A stretch of 64,000 bases of DNA from positions 5,642,001 to 5,706,000 of the forward strand of contig NC_086098.1 of NCBI RefSeq assembly GCF_963921235.1, read 5' to 3'. The DNA comes from Mobula hypostoma. Its lineage: Eukaryota. A program made the position numbers and the translations under genes. Shown here one piece after another: positions 62,931-64,000 of the stretch. Below the pieces are notes generated by a model, which saw only the letters and a list, made by a program, of their open reading frames with translations, did not search any database and was not told the origin of the DNA. Within the stretch, counting starts at the first letter, position 1, and each line of letters opens with the position of its first letter.

Positions 62931-63376
62931 ATATGCTAAACATATTTGTTAAGGCATCTTCTTAATATGCACATTTATAATAGTCTGATAAACAAGTTTA
63001 TCCAACTGGTTCCTCCCGAACTAACCACATTGAATGCTTGTAAAATAGATAATGCAACAGTTCAGGCAATAGGGAAATTGAAGTCAAATCACATACGAAA
63101 AGAGAAATGCAGGACAAAAGAGGGAACATTCAGAAAATCATGTTAAACCTAAAACTAATATTTTAAAATATCAACCAAAATAATTAAATCTAAAATTATA
63201 ACTCTCATTATATTTAATTATCAGAGAGTTGGAGGTTGTCATTAACAAATATTAAATTGTTAAAAGTGCACTTAACCTATTAATTACTAGTACTAATTAT
63301 CTGTAATGCATTTCATTCACATCCACTGCTAAATACACTACCCCATGACATCCAAGATTTGTCAATGGCACAGATA

Positions 63377-63972
63377 CACACAGTGGACACTTTATTAGGT
63401 ACCTTCTGTTCCCAATAAAATGGCCATTGAATATATTTCTGTATGTTTGTCATCTTCTGTTGCTGTAGCCCATCTAGTTCAAGATTTGACGTGTTGTAAG
63501 TTCAGAGATGTTCTTCTGCATACCACCATTGTAACAGTGATTATTTGAGTTACTGTCACCTTCCTGTCAGCTTGTGGGCATGTGGCCAAGTGGTTAAGGC
63601 ATTGGACTAGTGACCTGAAGGCCGAGGCAGCGTGTTGTGTCCTTGAACAAGGCACTTAACCACACATTGATCTGCGACGACACTGGTGCCAAGCTGTATG
63701 GGTCCTAATGCCCTTCCCTTGGACAACATCGGTGTCGTGGAGAGGGAAGACTTGCAGCATGGGCAACTGCTGGTCTTCCATACAACCTTGCCCAGGCGTG
63801 TGAAGACTTTCTAGGTGCAGATCCATGGTCTCGCAAGACTAACGGCTGCCTGTCAGCTTGAACCAGTCTGGCCATTCTCCTCTGACTTCTCTCATTATTA
63901 AAGTGTATTTGCTCACAGAATTGCTGCTCACTAGATTTTTATTTGTTTTTCACTCAATTCTCTGTAAACTCT
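63377..63972. mobile_element. Tc1-derived non-autonomous element
   Basis: Starts ta-cacacagtggacactttattaggtac, a fish Tc1-type TIR. Confidence 0.55.
63575..63848 (+). mobile_element. tRNA-derived SINE with B box deleted
   Basis: 12-bp TSD cctgtcagcttg (63563-63574, 63849-63860); A box tggccaagtgg; homologous to 34560-34757. Confidence 0.88.
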
Positions 63973-64000
63973 TATAAGGCCATAAGACAAAGGAGCAGAA

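Overview
Repeat-dense vertebrate genomic DNA with no recognisable host protein-coding gene. The repeat landscape (CR1, Rex1-type LINEs, Penelope termini, V-SINEs) suggests a cartilaginous fish; this is an inference. Most long ORFs are decayed retroelement frames or their antisense shadows. Contents: many nested CR1 and Rex1/Babar-type LINE copies; a minus-strand sushi-type Gypsy 5' half fused to a BEL/Pao 3' half; a fragmented Dong/R4-type retrotransposon with a restriction-like endonuclease; an IR/DR Tc1; mariner and hAT MITEs; solo LTRs; tRNA-derived SINEs; and two minisatellites (41-bp G-rich, 44-bp CpG-rich). The best leads are (i) minimal hammerhead-ribozyme motifs in Penelope-like termini, one with an intact catalytic core at 52779-52814, (ii) the Gypsy/BEL chimera, (iii) the Dong/R4 element next to a TAA-like tract, and (iv) TE-free, motif-rich islands that may be conserved enhancers. 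Boundaries were read by eye and are approximate unless a TSD or TIR is quoted.
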